A stretch of 64,000 nucleotides of DNA from Octopus vulgaris (lineage: Eukaryota), in contig OX597814.1 in the NCBI GenBank assembly GCA_951406725.2, positions 59,148,001 to 59,212,000 of the forward strand, read 5' to 3'. Position numbers and translations under genes: made by a program. Position 1 is the first letter of the stretch. Each line of letters begins with the position of its first letter. This document shows positions 27,118 to 40,699 of this stretch, piece after piece. The notes beneath the pieces were generated by a model, which searched no databases, was not told where the DNA came from, and saw nothing but the letters and a program-made list of their open reading frames with translations.

Positions 27118-27334
27118 AATCTTTTCTACTCTTGGCAAAAGGCCCTAAATTTTGGAGGAAGAGGCCAGTCTATTTGGTGGACCCCAGTACACAACTGGTT
27201 CTTAATTTATCGACCCCGAAAGAATGAAAGGCAAAGTGGGCCTCGGCGTAATTTGAACTCAGAACGTAATGACAGCTGAAATACACTAAGCATTTCGTCT
27301 GTCTTGATAATGTTTCTGCCAGCTTGCCACCTTA
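27118..27334 (-). mobile_element. SINE family B (tRNA head plus Meta-like domain)
   Basis: Minus strand AAGGTGGCAAGCTGGCAGAA...GAGTTCAAAT...GCCTTTCATTCTTTCGGGGTCGATAAATTAAG. Confidence 0.85.
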
Positions 27335-28459
27335 AAAGAATATTATAATGAAGAGTAAAAGTCTTGACTAGGAACGTTATTTCTGGATAAGTCGTCTAAG
27401 TTAAGATTTCTGAATATGAAATACACGTTTTTAGTTAAAGTCTGTTAAAGTTTTCTTATTACAAACTTTTCACTGACAGAGCAACGAAGTTTTAATGATC
27501 TGCTCCAAAAGGTATCTATGTTTCTTTTAACGAAAATAGAAGGAAAATTAACTTCCCAATTCTTTCAAAGAATGTTTGTATTTAAACCGAATATATTTAG
27601 TATTAAATGTAGCATTTTAAATAAACAAACAATTTAAATTCAACATTTTACCAAACCACAGATAACGAACTAGTCAAGGATAAAATTCAAACTATTCTAA
27701 ATTTTACAATATAAAATGATATTTGTGATTACACAAATCAAAGAGAAAATACGAGAAAATGTCTGGGACTCAGTCGTTAAAAAACTTACATCACTTTCAG
27801 ATCAGAGGCTAATGTGAATAACGCTATAATTCATCAAAGAGAATGAAATACATTGATAGTTATGTACAGCCGAGATCCAAGAACTATATACTTATTTTAG
27901 CAAAAATATTTGGTTAAGTGATTTAGATTAAAAGAAGATTTATCAAAGATTGAGATATTTGAAATAACGTCTCCATCTTGGTTATTATGTGAAAATTTTT
28001 GCATTTCAGACAGAATTGGATTGATGTATCACAGTATATCGAGACAAATATCTTTAGAAGATCCACAATTCATTTTGTTAACAATAAATAAAATGACTGC
28101 ATGTTAGTTATGTTATCACAGGTACACACGGTACAAAAGAAATATATGCCCTTCAGTAAATACCAGCCTCATCGATTTTTGAATGTTGGAGAGACAGCGT
28201 CGCCAGTGGTGCTAACTAAATCTCACCCTGTTGTATGATGAATAAGAATACTGCACTGTAAGTAATCTAACTATCGAGTGATGCGTTAGACTATACCAAA
28301 TGCTGAGAACTATGGTAATAAGCAGCTTCTATTTCGCGATGAGTAACTCATTTTAGAGAACATCTGAACGTAATATCTTCGAGTTCATACACGAGGTGAA
28401 ATCAAAAATGTATGCACTCCTGTTTCAGTAACGTATTAAAACAAAAGCAGGGGTCGAAC

Positions 28460-28825
<366 letters not shown>

Positions 28826-29867
28826 TCCTCTTATGAAATATGTAATTTTAATTAAAATTCCTTGCACTACACCAACAAAATCGGCCTTAGAGAAACACTT
28901 TTGTCACATAACGCTAACTGCTTTCTGGGGTTTCGTCTTTCTTCCACCAACTAGATCTTATTTAATTCCAAACTGCTTCTGGCTCCCTTGTTGTAACCAA
29001 TAGTAGGAAATACGTAAATGGTGTAAAGTTATACCAAAACTAACCAAATTGCTTATTAGTCTGATGGGCTAATTTCAATTAAAAATACGCGATGATGCAC
29101 AAAAATTTCAATATCTCATGTAGCATTTACATTTCATGGATGATGAGGATAATGATTATGATGATGATTATAATAATAATGGGGATGGTGGTGGTGATGG
29201 TGCTGGTGTGGTGACAGAGAAAACTATAGAGATGGTGCCAGTGACAAGAAGGATGCCTATTGTTGTGTTGTCACTACTACAACTGTAAGTGCTAGTGATC
29301 ACTATAGGATTACTGCGGTTGCAAATTTCCTCTTATTATATGGCAGTTTAATGTTTTGTTTAATTACAAGCCTTTCCGAGTATGCCAAGCTATGCTTACG
29401 GAAACCTATCGACAAAGTCATTCCAACAATAATTATTGCGTCTATATTTTGAATTTCTCGAAGGCGTACACTGACAAATGAGGTCTTCTTCCTGTAGGAT
29501 GCGTGCACTTGAACACCCTCTGGTGGTAATAATATCAGTGATATTATTGTGGGGATTGTTATTCAACCTCTGATAATCTTCTACCGAGTAGATCTATTAT
29601 TAAAGGCATTCCTGCAGTATCAGTCCTACCTTTTGCAACTGCTGTCCTCCGACAGACACAATAAGTCGACTTACTGTTTTGACGGGGAATGAATATTTGG
29701 ATTCTTTGGATCATACCTCCTACATACTAGAACTATGATCATGGAAAGTGTTCAATTTTGTTTTATTGCACAACCAGTCATAGAGTCGGAAAAATTAGGA
29801 TAACATTTTTTTGCAATTATCGCAGTGTTTTCAAAGTTTTTTTTTTTTTTTACTTACTTCATAAGTA

Positions 29868-30268
29868 AGTGTTGCTGCGTAAAACAAGCTTACTTTTCAA
29901 CCATATGGTTCTGGCTCAGTTCCATTGAGTGGCACCTTGGGCAATTGTCTTCTATAGCCTCGGGCCGAACAAATCCTTGTTAGTGGATTTGGTAGGCAGA
30001 AAAACAAAGAAGTTTGTCGTATATGTATGTGTGAGTATATGTGTGTGTATGTGTGTGTGTGTCTTTGTTTCTTCCACTGCTGCTTGACAACCGGTGTTGC
30101 TCTGTTTACGCCCCCGTAGTCTAGCCGTTTTTCAAAAGAACCGATAGATTAAGTTCCAGACTTAACAAAATCAATTCCTGACGTCGATTCATTCGACTAA
30201 AAACACTTGAAGGCGGTGCTCCAGAATCGCAACAGTCTAATGACTGAAACAATTAAAGGATAAAAGAT
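29868..30268 (+). mobile_element. SINE family A (older copy)
   Basis: GTGGCACCTTGGGCAATTGTCTTC...GGCGGTGCTCCAG...TGACTGAAAC. Confidence 0.8.
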
Positions 30269-31082
30269 ACTATATTTTGCCGAGGAGTGCAATATGTCTT
30301 AAACTGCATTTTACTCTTGAGTCTCTCAGGCGCAATGTTTTGCCTTTTCTTTCTTTTTTTCTTGTGTCAAATACTATTTTGTCCAATCTATATTTCTGTC
30401 ATTAACACTGAGCCCTAATCGTACGGATTTTATAACCAAAGACCAAAACCCATTTCATTCTGTTTTATAAATCTAAAGCCGCATTACAGAATATATCGCC
30501 TATTCTGTTGTTTAGATCCAGGTCATAAATCCATGTATGAAGGCATTCCAGTCGTGCCTATCCCATCCATTTTATATTCGCACAGAACCTATAAACACAT
30601 AGTTCAATGTAATCTTTTTATAAGGTTGTCGGTGTTTATTTGAGGGAAGTTTAATTGTTATTTCTAGCATCTCGAAGGAGCAAGAAGAGGCTATTTCATT
30701 GACTTAGTATATCTTCCCGGGGTCTAAAAATGACACAGATTGGTATTTTGAAAGTGTTGTAGCTGCTATTTCTGCAGCTCATGAGCTTCCCGTTCGCTTG
30801 TTTAGGTACTTGTACTGCGCTGTTACTGACACAGAAAACGCTATTAATCCGGTTTTTAATCCCGAAATCTCCGTTTTGATCTCACTGCAGAAAAAAAAAA
30901 TTAGATAACTACGTTTTACTATAGCTCTGGAACGACTCAAACGTGGTAGTCGGAAACTGTTGTAAGATCGTCTGATGGATTGTACCTGTGAGAGAAAATG
31001 TGATATCAGCAGGGCCAGCTTAAAGGTTTCAATTCTGATCTATGTATGCTGTGGCTTATGGTCCATATATAAATGATATGTA

Positions 31083-31262
31083 AAACGGCGTGCTGGCAGA
31101 ATCGTCAGTTTACGTTCTGGGTTCAAAATCCGCCGAGATTGATTTGCCTCTCATATCAATTGAGTATCGTTATACGTATACCATACCAGTTGAGTATCGG
31201 GGTCGATATAATCAACTTAACTCCACCCCTGAAATTACTGGTCTTGTGCCAAAATTTGAAAA
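31083..31262 (+). mobile_element. SINE family B (internally rearranged)
   Basis: GGCGTGCTGGCAGAATCG...GGTTCAAAATCCGCCGAG...GGGGTCGATATAATC. Confidence 0.7.
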
Positions 31263-31919
31263 TCAATGTATAACTACAGTTTGCGCCTTTGCACTGTTTT
31301 GCCGAGAGGCAGCTGATGCAAATGAGACGACCCTAGGTAACATATTCTAACTCTCGTTGTGCTTCACAGTAATAAGACAGGCGGTTATGTGGAATTCTCA
31401 GCTGCTTAAACGCCACGCCACTTTCATGAGTAGAAAGATTTTGTCGCTCGAACAAGAGAATATGCATCGTCAAAACCGAGGGAGATCCGTTTGCTGCAAA
31501 GCTTACATTACCACTGCGGTTGTTATTGTACCAGAAATGCAGATGATGATATTGTCAAACTTGTTGCGTTTCCTGATAATATTGTTGTAGAAATAATAGA
31601 TGCAGCTGTTGATGTTATTACTCCTCCCTTTTCTACTATTTCTGCTGCTGTTGCCGGTGTTGTTACTGCAGACACTGAAGCGGCTGGCATAGGCTTTTCT
31701 TATAGTTGTTACAGCTGACACTAATGTGGCTGTTGTTATTACTGATGTGTTGTTGTTGTTGTTGTTTTTGTTGCTGCTGTTACTCGTGTTGTTGTCGATA
31801 TGATTCTATAAGTTGTCGATGTACATCATATCAGTTATGATTAGTTTTGATCCAGTCGTGACCATCACATCGATTATTTAGGCTTAACATTTGAGTATAT
31901 GCATATGTGTGTGTTTGTC

Positions 31920-31965
<46 letters not shown>

Positions 31966-32219
31966 CGTGTGTATTCTTGAATGTATTCGGGAACCACAGT
32001 ATCCCAAATTATTTCGGGTGTGAATGTTGGTGGTGGTAGTGGTAGTGGAAGGGGCAGGGGAGAAGTATCTACTTTTCCGTGCAGGACAAGCGATACCTAT
32101 TTCTTTATTATTTATTGTACAGGACAAGCGATACCGCGAACTCGATGCTGCTACTGCTAATTCTTCTATAGTTGACGAAGTTACTGTTATTGTCAATGCT
32201 GCCTGCTTTTTTGTGACAT

Positions 32220-32220
<1 letters not shown>

Positions 32221-32276
<56 letters not shown>

Positions 32277-32541
32277 CAGCAGCAGCAGTAGCAGCAGTAG
32301 CAGCAGTGGCAGCAGCAGCAGTAGCAGCAGTGGCAGCAGTAGCAGCAGTGGCAGCAGTGGCAGCAGCAGCAGCAGCAGATGTAGTAGTAGTAGTAGTAGT
32401 TGCAGCAGCAGCAGCAGCAGTGGTAGTAGTAGTAGTAGTAGTGGTAGTAGTAGTAGTAGTAGTAGCAGCAGCGGCAGCAGCGGCAGCAGCGGCAGCAGCA
32501 GCAGCAGCGGCAGCAGCAGCAGTGGCAGTAGTAGTAGTAGC

Positions 32542-32573
<32 letters not shown>

Positions 32574-32575
32574 CA
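32221..32575. repeat. Compound (GTA)n/(GCA)n triplet microsatellite
   Basis: Directly visible; gives poly-V/A, poly-L and poly-Q/S translations. Confidence 0.95.
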
Positions 32576-32969
32576 ACGTTGGTGATTGTTGTGGCATGCT
32601 GGATGCTGTGCTTAATGTTGCAACTGAAATGTTTATTGTTTCTAGCCGAAGTTATTTACTTTTCTTTTATTGACATCGCCTTTTTCCTCTATTCCTGTTC
32701 CCACTCTAGTTGCTGATCATGTTGCTGAAACTTTTTTTTCCTTGTTCTTACTGTTGGTTGCATTGTTGTTGTCGCAAACTAAATTTTTTTGTTTTTGTTT
32801 TATATATATATAACTGTTGTTTCCGCGGCCGTGATAACTACAGCAATATACTGCTCGCTGTTTCATTTACTGCAGTCTCTGCTACTGATGACACAGTTGC
32901 TCTTGTTATTTACAGCTGCAATTGTTGATGTCGTTATTATTACCGGCATCGCTATTGTTCACCTACTTC

Positions 32970-33670
32970 CTACTGCTGCTGCTGCTGCTGCAAATGATGA
33001 TCATGATGATGGTGATGATGACGAAGATAACGGTGATGATGACGATGTTTATGATGATGACGGCAACGGTAACGACAGGCAAGGAAGAACTTGACAACGA
33101 CAATGATGGGGACGATGGAAACGATGAGGGTGTGGTGAATGTGACGGCGATAAGGAGGAGAAGGGGGTGAAGTCGGAGGAGATGGAGCCGAAACCTTGAA
33201 GTAGAAGAAATTGATGATGATGATAGTGATGATGATAATTAGACAGATTTGTAATTATAACGTTCATAGTTTTGGTAATGATAATACTCATAATATTACT
33301 CTTGCTGTAGTTGTTGTTGTTATTGATAGTGGTGGTGGTAGTGGTGGGAGAGTGGCGGGGTGGTGGTTATTTCTTGTTTTTTTTTGCGGTGGTGGTGGTG
33401 GTGATAGAGGACAACAACGACGACGTCATGATGATTTGATTATAATGATGATGATGATGACGGCAACGACGACGATGACGTCGATGATGATGATGATGAT
33501 CATCATCATCATGACGACGATGCTGCTGATTCTGCTACTGCTAATGATGATAACGAGGACGGTGACGATGACAATTTGATGATGATGATGATGATAATGA
33601 TGATGATGAGGAGGAGGAGGAGGAGGGGGAGGGGGAATATGATCACGACGATGATGGTGGTGATGATTCA
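32970..33670. repeat. Degenerate (GAT)n/(GGT)n/(GAG)n low-complexity region
   Basis: Directly visible. Confidence 0.9.
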
Positions 33671-33957
33671 CTTGTTATAGATGTTGCGGCATAAATTACG
33701 GAAGCAGGCAACTTTAATTTTGATTATGATTTCACTACAGTCTGAATAGTTTCACTACAGCTGTAGGGAAGCAGATGAGTCAGAGAGTTAACAGCTGATT
33801 GACATGAATTTCAAAAACACACGCTTACACGCATGAACTCATGCATACTGGCATAGACAATCGAACCAGCACGTGTTTTGCTATTTGCATACATACAGAA
33901 TCAAAGACACATCCATACGCACCCGCGCACATTCTTCCGCACAGTATGTATATATCC

Positions 33958-34357
33958 TCTTCTACTCTAGGCACAAGGCCTGAAATTTCTGGGGAGGGGG
34001 CCCAGTCGATTAGATCGACCCAGTACGCAACTGGTACCTAATTTATGAACCCTTCAGAGATGAAAAGCATAGTCGACATCGGCGGAATTTGAACTCAGAA
34101 CGTAAAGATACACGACGAAATACGTATTTATTTACTACCCACAAGGGACTAAACACAGAGAGAACAAACAATATCAGACAATCGGGTTAAGTCGATTATA
34201 TCGACCCCAGTGCGTACCTGGTACTTATTTAATCGACCCCGAAAGGATGAAAGGCAAAGTCAACCTCGGCGGAATTTGAACTCAGAACGTAGCGGCAGAC
34301 GAAATACTGCTAAACATTTCGCCCGGCGTGTTAACGTTTCTGCCAGCTCGCCGCCTT
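33958..34357 (-). mobile_element. Two adjacent SINE family B copies with different tails
   Basis: 34125-34357 is full length with the ...CCCTTGTGGGTAGTAAA tail; 33958-34110 is 5'-truncated with the ...GGCCTTGTGCCTAGAGTAGAA tail. Confidence 0.85.
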
Positions 34358-34471
34358 ACAATATGTATATATGAAACTATAAATGTACATATATATGTAT
34401 GTGTGAGTGTGTGTCAGTGAGTGTGTTTATGAGTGTGTGTGTGTGTGCGTGTCTATATTGTCCTCTTCTTC

Positions 34472-34825
34472 TTCCACTTGTTTCAGTCGTTTGACTTGTC
34501 TTCAGTGGAAGACTGACCACAGGACTTATTCGTTGTAAGCCTAGTATTTGTTCCACCGGCCTGTTTTGCCGAACCGCTAATTCACGGGGAATAAACATAC
34601 CAGCGTCGGCTCTCTATTTCATTTAATATTTGTCTACCAAATCCACTCACAAGGCTTTGGTTGGCCTATGGTTATAATAGAATACATTTGCCCAAGGTGC
34701 CAAACACTGGGGCAGGGCCTGGAACCATGTTGTTGAGAAGCAAACTTCTTTATTTCGTCAAGTTTGCAATAAAGGCTTTACATAGATAGAAGCAAACTCT
34801 TTAACACAGAGTCACCCCTGCGCCC
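34472..34825 (-). mobile_element. SINE family A (deleted/rearranged)
   Basis: Family A tail and head segments. Confidence 0.75.
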
Positions 34826-35132
34826 ATTGTATATGTGCGTGCATGTATATATGTGTATATATGTGTGTGAAATCGACGCCCTAAGCATTGATGTGTACTA
34901 TTATAACTTTTTTTTACCAGTTCAAAGGTGCTCCTGGCATATTCTAACCGTTATCCATTCTCTGTATGTTCTCACGGAGAAAATATCTCGCTCAAGAAAT
35001 ATACGTGTAAACACGCCAAGTCAGTTCACCTTTACTTTTGCTTCTGTCTTTCTTCTATCTTACTTTTTTCTTCCTTACTTTCTTCCTTCCTTTATTTCTG
35101 CGTGTTTAGCTGTCACAAACACACACACGAAC

Positions 35133-35176
<44 letters not shown>

Positions 35177-35202
35177 TGATGTATACACAGGCACACGCAC
35201 CC

Positions 35203-35229
<27 letters not shown>

Positions 35230-35233
<4 letters not shown>

Positions 35234-35447
35234 ATCCAAACAAGAAAACACAAAAATACACAACAACGCGAGGACGTGGGACAAATATAGTATTACTGGA
35301 CGCTCAGGAAAGAAGAAAAGAAGGAGGGCCCAACGTTTCGAGCGGAGCTGTTCGTCGGAGACATAGGTGAAGGAAAGATCCCGAGAAGATAAGACAGAGG
35401 GAAAAAAATCGCCAACGGTACACACGAGGTCACATTTTGAAAGACCG
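35230..35447 (-). mobile_element. Minimal-HHR cassette in (TA)n
   Basis: Minus strand TCT-CCGACGA-ACAGC-TCC-GCTC-GAAA-CG-TT-GGG at 35329-35361; related to 4768-4862 and 50115-50295. Confidence 0.7.
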
Positions 35448-35471
35448 TATATATGCATGGGTATCTATGTG

Positions 35472-35538
<67 letters not shown>

Positions 35539-35872
35539 CTTGATGTATGCGCGTGTGTGTGTGCGTATTGTCTAAATTCAAGAGTTTCTTTTTGTGGACC
35601 TCGAAGCACATTATGTATTTAGTCTCGCACTAAATTTCATGTTTCTACATTTTATTCAGCTAGGAGTTTACGACGCACTGAAGTCTCTTCCACACATGAG
35701 TCCCGTGCTTGAAAACTGAACCAAACACCGGTCTATTAGAGCTGAGGATTCGAACAGGACATACATTTGACTATAATGCGCGTGTGTGTTGGTATGTGTG
35801 TTCTTGCGTATGCATTTATAAACATACACACGCACCTGCGCATACACACACACACGCACGCACGCACATACA

Positions 35873-35919
<47 letters not shown>

Positions 35920-35920
<1 letters not shown>

Positions 35921-36323
35921 CTCTTTTTACTCTTTACTCTTTTACTTGTTTCAGTCATTTGACTGCGGTCATGCTGGAGCACCGCCTTTAATCGAGCAAC
36001 TCGACCCCGGGACTTATTCTTTTGTAAGCCCAGTACTTATTCTATCGGTCACTTTTGCCGAACCGCTAAGTAACGGGGACATAAACACACCAGCATCGGT
36101 TGTCAAGCAATGCTAGGGGGACAAATACACTCACACAAACACACACAGGCATATATATATACATATATATGACGGGCTTCTTTCAGTTTCCGTCTACCAA
36201 ATGTACTCACAAGGCTTTGGTCGGCCCGAGGCTATAGTAGAAGACACTTGCTCGAGGTGCCACGCAGTGGGACTGAACCCGGAACCATGTGGTTGGTAAA
36301 CAAGCTACTTACCACACAGCCAC
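35920..36323 (-). mobile_element. SINE family A (young-looking copy)
   Basis: Near-consensus head and tail. Confidence 0.9.
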
Positions 36324-37239
36324 ATAGATACCCATGCATATATACGAGCATGTATGTATGCATATACCTGCGTGTGTGCAAGGCACGCAAATTAAAGAAA
36401 GAAATAAAAGAAGAGAAAACGAAAGGAAATTAGAGGAAACGCGAAGTAGGATGAGTTGAGAAAAATGGAATTGTAAAAATCGAAAACAAAAAAGTGGTGG
36501 GGATGCAAAATATGTGCGAAAAAATTGAGTGCTAACAAAGTAATTGGGAGGGGAATGTAGGAACAGAAAAACAGAGCAAAGGGAAGAATTATTAATATTA
36601 TGAAATAACAAAAAAAAAAAGCAAAGTATTAACGAAGAAATAGACAGTGTATATTTAGGAAGGCCGACTGCCAGCGTAGCTTTATGGTGATTATGATGAT
36701 ACGGAAAATAATGAAAGATAAATATATTGTTGTTGATAATGCTGCTTGCTGTTGACATGATCAAATGTAACGAGTTGTAGCGTGCTTAGTACTATATTTT
36801 CAGACGTATATTTCTAGGTGGAGGTGTTACGGTTGGTTTTGAAATTGATTTGGCTTTTGTTTCTATAGTGTCGCGGCGACAGGCAGCCAAATACTTGTTG
36901 TTGTGTCTTGGAAGAATTCGGATTAACGCGAAAAGAGTGGAAAACCTAAATGGGGTGTCTTTAAAAAGAGATAGAACGTGAAATACTATTTTGGTGGAGA
37001 GTGCATTCCAAGATAGCTGAAAGAAATATAGACCGAAGAGAAATAAATAAATGGAGATAGAAATGTGTATATTAGTAAGGAGAAAAAACGGAGAGTAGCG
37101 AAGTGGGGAGAAGAGCTAACGTTAAACTAAAAATTGGAAAAAAAGAAAAAAACGAAATCTATGATTAATCAATGCCTGAGAAATACTTTATAACTAATAA
37201 AGTTACATAAAACAGAAATGGGTTGAACAACCACAGCTC

Positions 37240-38080
37240 TTCAACTCTTGCAAAAACTGTAAAGTTCAATTCCACATTCTTCACAAATTTTTTTCTCAGT
37301 TTTTGATCTTTTTTTATATTTATTTAAACTTCTCGGCGATATATATTTCTTTACTGCCCACAAGGGGCTAAACATACAGGGGACAAACAAGGACAAAGGA
37401 ATTACAATGACCCCAGTTGCAAAACTGGTACTTTATTTATCGACCCCGAAAGGATGAAAGGCAAAGTCGACCTCGGCGGAATTTGAAATCAGAGCACAAC
37501 GACAGACGAAATACCGCTAAACATTTCGCCCGGCGCGCTAACGTTTCTGCCAGCTCGCCGCCTCTTCTCGGCGATATATTTCCTGTAATAGGTGGGCTTT
37601 CCTGATCCGAGATTCACAGATTCACTAAAGCAGGTAACCAGCTTCCTTTTAGCTAATTATCTACGTCATTTTTACGTTCAGGTTATAGATGGTTCAAGGA
37701 GGCTGATCCTGGTGACGTTTGAATGAAGAATGATGGGAGCTAGAACGAACACTGCAGCCATTCAACCTAACATTTTAAAAGTGTGTGTCAATTCACACTG
37801 TTAAGATTGGTACTTTATTTTATTGTTATTCCCGCAACGATACATATAGTACATTTCACACTAGAATTTGAACCAACAATAACCTGAACATGAAATAACG
37901 TGGCTAATTAACTGAAAGACAGCTTGTTCATAGCTTTAGTAATCTCAGTGAATCTTGGATCAAGGAAGCCCAACTATTAAAGCAAAAATATCAACAGGAA
38001 CTGCAAATAGATATATAAAAAATGATCATAAAGTGAAATGAAAATATGTGAAGAAAGCGAAAGTGAAAAATGTAAGTTGA
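37240..38080. mobile_element. Old foldback/MITE-like element interrupted by a SINE
   Basis: AATAGGTGGGCTTTCCTGATCCGAGATTCAC (~37585-37617) is inverted at ~37948-37978; arm similarity continues outward across the SINE insertion. Confidence 0.6.
37345..37563 (-). mobile_element. SINE family B with 16-bp TSD
   Basis: TSD CTTCTCGGCGATATAT at 37329-37344 and 37564-37579. Confidence 0.92.
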
Positions 38081-39098
38081 TTAAAAATATCAAAGAATAT
38101 GGCAAGTAAGAAAAAGATAAAGTAAAAAAAAAGAGCGCAACAGAAAACTGAATGGAAATATTAACTAATATATAAAAAAAAACATGATAGAAAAAAATGA
38201 ACGAATGAAAAAGAGTAAGAAAAAGGAAAGTAATACATAGAGGGACACAAAAGATGAGCTAAAGAATCAAAAACAAGGAAAGAGAGAAAGTAAGAAATAG
38301 AAAGAAATCGATGAAAAGGAGAATGAAAAACAACAGAGAGAGAAAGAAACAATTTTCATAGTAAATAAACAAATATATAAATAATGAAAGATAGAAATAT
38401 AAATGTATATACATATTTACTGAAATAAAGTATGAGTGGAAGAAAAATGAAGGAATTAAGGAAGGAAGCAAAGGAAAATATGTGACAATATCAATACGAA
38501 CGAAGTATAATCAATTAGAAAGAGATAAATATATAAACGAATAAATAATAACAGAAAGAATGAAAGAGAGAACGACAGTCATACAATAATGCATACATAT
38601 TCGAAGAAAGGAAGAAAAAATCGAACGAAAAGCAGAAATGAACGAAGAAATGAAAATGAAGAAGGAAGATTAAAGAAATATGTCCCGAAGCGACACGTGT
38701 TTAGGTTTATGAAGTCGATTGAATCAACTGAATTAAATTATATAGTAATTAAATTTATTAATTTCATTTTGAGGGTAGTGTTTTGAAACCCCGGAAAGAT
38801 AAAAAGAATAGCTGCTCACGAGATGAGATTTGAACTCAAAATGCAAGGAAACTAAACCTATTAGTGCATTGCACTTAATACGATATTGTTTTCACTTATT
38901 TTAATGTATTTTTTAATGATAATATTTGTCATGAAAGAAAATGGGAACTATGTATATAAAATGTGTGTGTGTATGTGTGCGTGTGTGTGTATATTCTTTA
39001 AAATATTTTTGAATGATGATATTTGTGTGTTCATATATGAATATATATGTGTGTAATAAACACACACCGGCATGTATGCTCGTATGCATTCATATAAA

Positions 39099-39943
39099 TC
39101 TATATATATATAAAGCTGACGTTGTCTGTGTATGGCAGGTTTGGTAGCCTTCAACTAACATTATCTCCTCCAAGACCCTGTGGCGCAAGTTGACCAAAAT
39201 TGAGAGTATGGTAGAAAAAGGCTTGCCCTTCCTTCCGTAGAAGAAAAAATTCAAATCAGACCATGTTTGGATCTTTTCGGTTTGAACGGCAGTTTTTTCT
39301 AGCGGTGTCATATGAAATTGTCACCCATAATTATGACCCTAGTATCGATCTATTGCATTTCAATCTGTTTTAGGGTTAGGGTTAGTTAAGGTTAGGGTTA
39401 GGGTTAGGATTAAGGTTAGGGGTGGAGGAAGGGTATCTTTTTTTCTTCAGAAATGTAAATAAACCCAATCTGTTTCTTAAACGAGGAACATATTCATAGG
39501 GCACAGAAGGTTTTCACCTCAATAGACGTCATTGATTGGTTGAAATTGCAGAAGTTGAAGAAAAAACAACAAATATATTACAAACTATAGAATTTTTTCA
39601 ATAAAGCCAAAATAAAAAGATGTTTTATAAACACATTCTATCATTATACGAAATTTAAAAGTGCTTAGTTACGTGGAAATTATTTTAAAAAACTCCCGTT
39701 CGAACCGAAAAGATTCCCATGTTAACACGAAAAATTATTTACATCAAAAAGCTGCTTTTTTTCTAGTAAAATCCCTATATTTCACGATTTTTTGACTGCT
39801 GTGTCGCCATTTTTCGTTGTATTTCAACCAGAAAAATGTTCACTTAAAGATAACAAGCTACATAATGCAAAATTTTTACTTTTCAAAAATTCTAAATCTA
39901 ATGGGTCGAAACAAACCCGAGCAACGCCGGGCGGTACTGCTTG
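39099..39943 (+). mobile_element. Non-autonomous Helitron interrupted by a MITE
   Basis: A|TC start, CCCGAGCAACGCCGGG hairpin, CTTG (CTAG variant)|T end. Confidence 0.75.
39269..39716. mobile_element. Merlin-like MITE carrying (TTAGGG)n
   Basis: TIRs GGATCTTTTCGGTTTGAACGGCAGTTTTTT / AAAAAACTCCCGTTCGAACCGAAAAGATTC; TSD CCATGTTT/CCATGTTA (7/8); degenerate TTAGGG array at ~39370-39421. Confidence 0.85.
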
Positions 39944-40356
39944 TATGAATATAAATATATACTTATGTTAAAGTATTTATGTGTATATAAATGTATATAC
40001 ATCTATATATATACATATGTGTGTATGAGTGTTTATACATATGTATGTGCGTTTGTGTGTATGTGTGGTGTGTCTGTGTATGGTCTGAATAAAAAGATAA
40101 AACCAAGACATAGCGAAAAAACAGCAAACACAATATAGTATGTTGATGCTCAGATAAAGTGGAAGAAGTTTTTAACATTTTGAGCCTATGCCCTTCCATG
40201 GAAAGCCTACTCGAAGAGAGAAGAAAATGGAAAGAAAAGAACGTTTCCTGTAGTTGCTTTATGAACCCTCCTGTCGTTAAACACGGAGTAAGGTTTCTGA
40301 TGAATAGCCCGAATGCTCACATGACTGTCTAGACAACTCACCACGCATATATATAT

Positions 40357-40662
40357 GGAGGCGCAATGGCCCACTGGTTAGGGTAGCGGACTCGCGGTTG
40401 TAGGATCGCGGTTTCGATTCCCACACCGGGCGTTGTGAGTGTTTATTGAGCGAAAACACCTAAAGCTCCACGAGGCTCCGGCAGGGCGTGATGGCGATCC
40501 CTGCTGTACTCTTTCGCCACAACTTTCTCTCACTCTTTCGTCTGTTGGCCTGCTCGCTTAGCCAGCGGGGTGGCGTCATTTAAAGGCTAAAACAATGCGA
40601 AGCGCATTGTGACCAGAGATGCGTAGCAACATCTTATAGCCTGGTCAGTCACGGTGATCACG

Positions 40663-40666
<4 letters not shown>
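40357..40666 (+). mobile_element. tRNA-derived SINE family C, RTE-type tail
   Basis: GGAGGCGCAATGGCCCACTGGTTAGG (A box)...GGTTTCGATTCC (B box); tail ...ATAGCCTGGTCAGTCACGGTGATCACGGTGA. Confidence 0.9.

Positions 40667-40699
<33 letters not shown>

Noticed and set aside
27600-28200. Possible piggyBac transposase relic (ICDYTNQ, KKYMP-like fragments)
   Set aside because: Too decayed; no TIR or TTAA support; needs a profile-HMM search
32024-32716. 230-aa poly-V/poly-A ORF and antisense poly-L ORF
   Set aside because: Compound GTA/GCA triplet repeat with no domain or splice evidence
40357-40430. tRNA-like sequences (also the heads at ~12230-12304, ~15750-15822 and ~62916)
   Set aside because: SINE heads followed by SINE bodies, not bona fide tRNA genes
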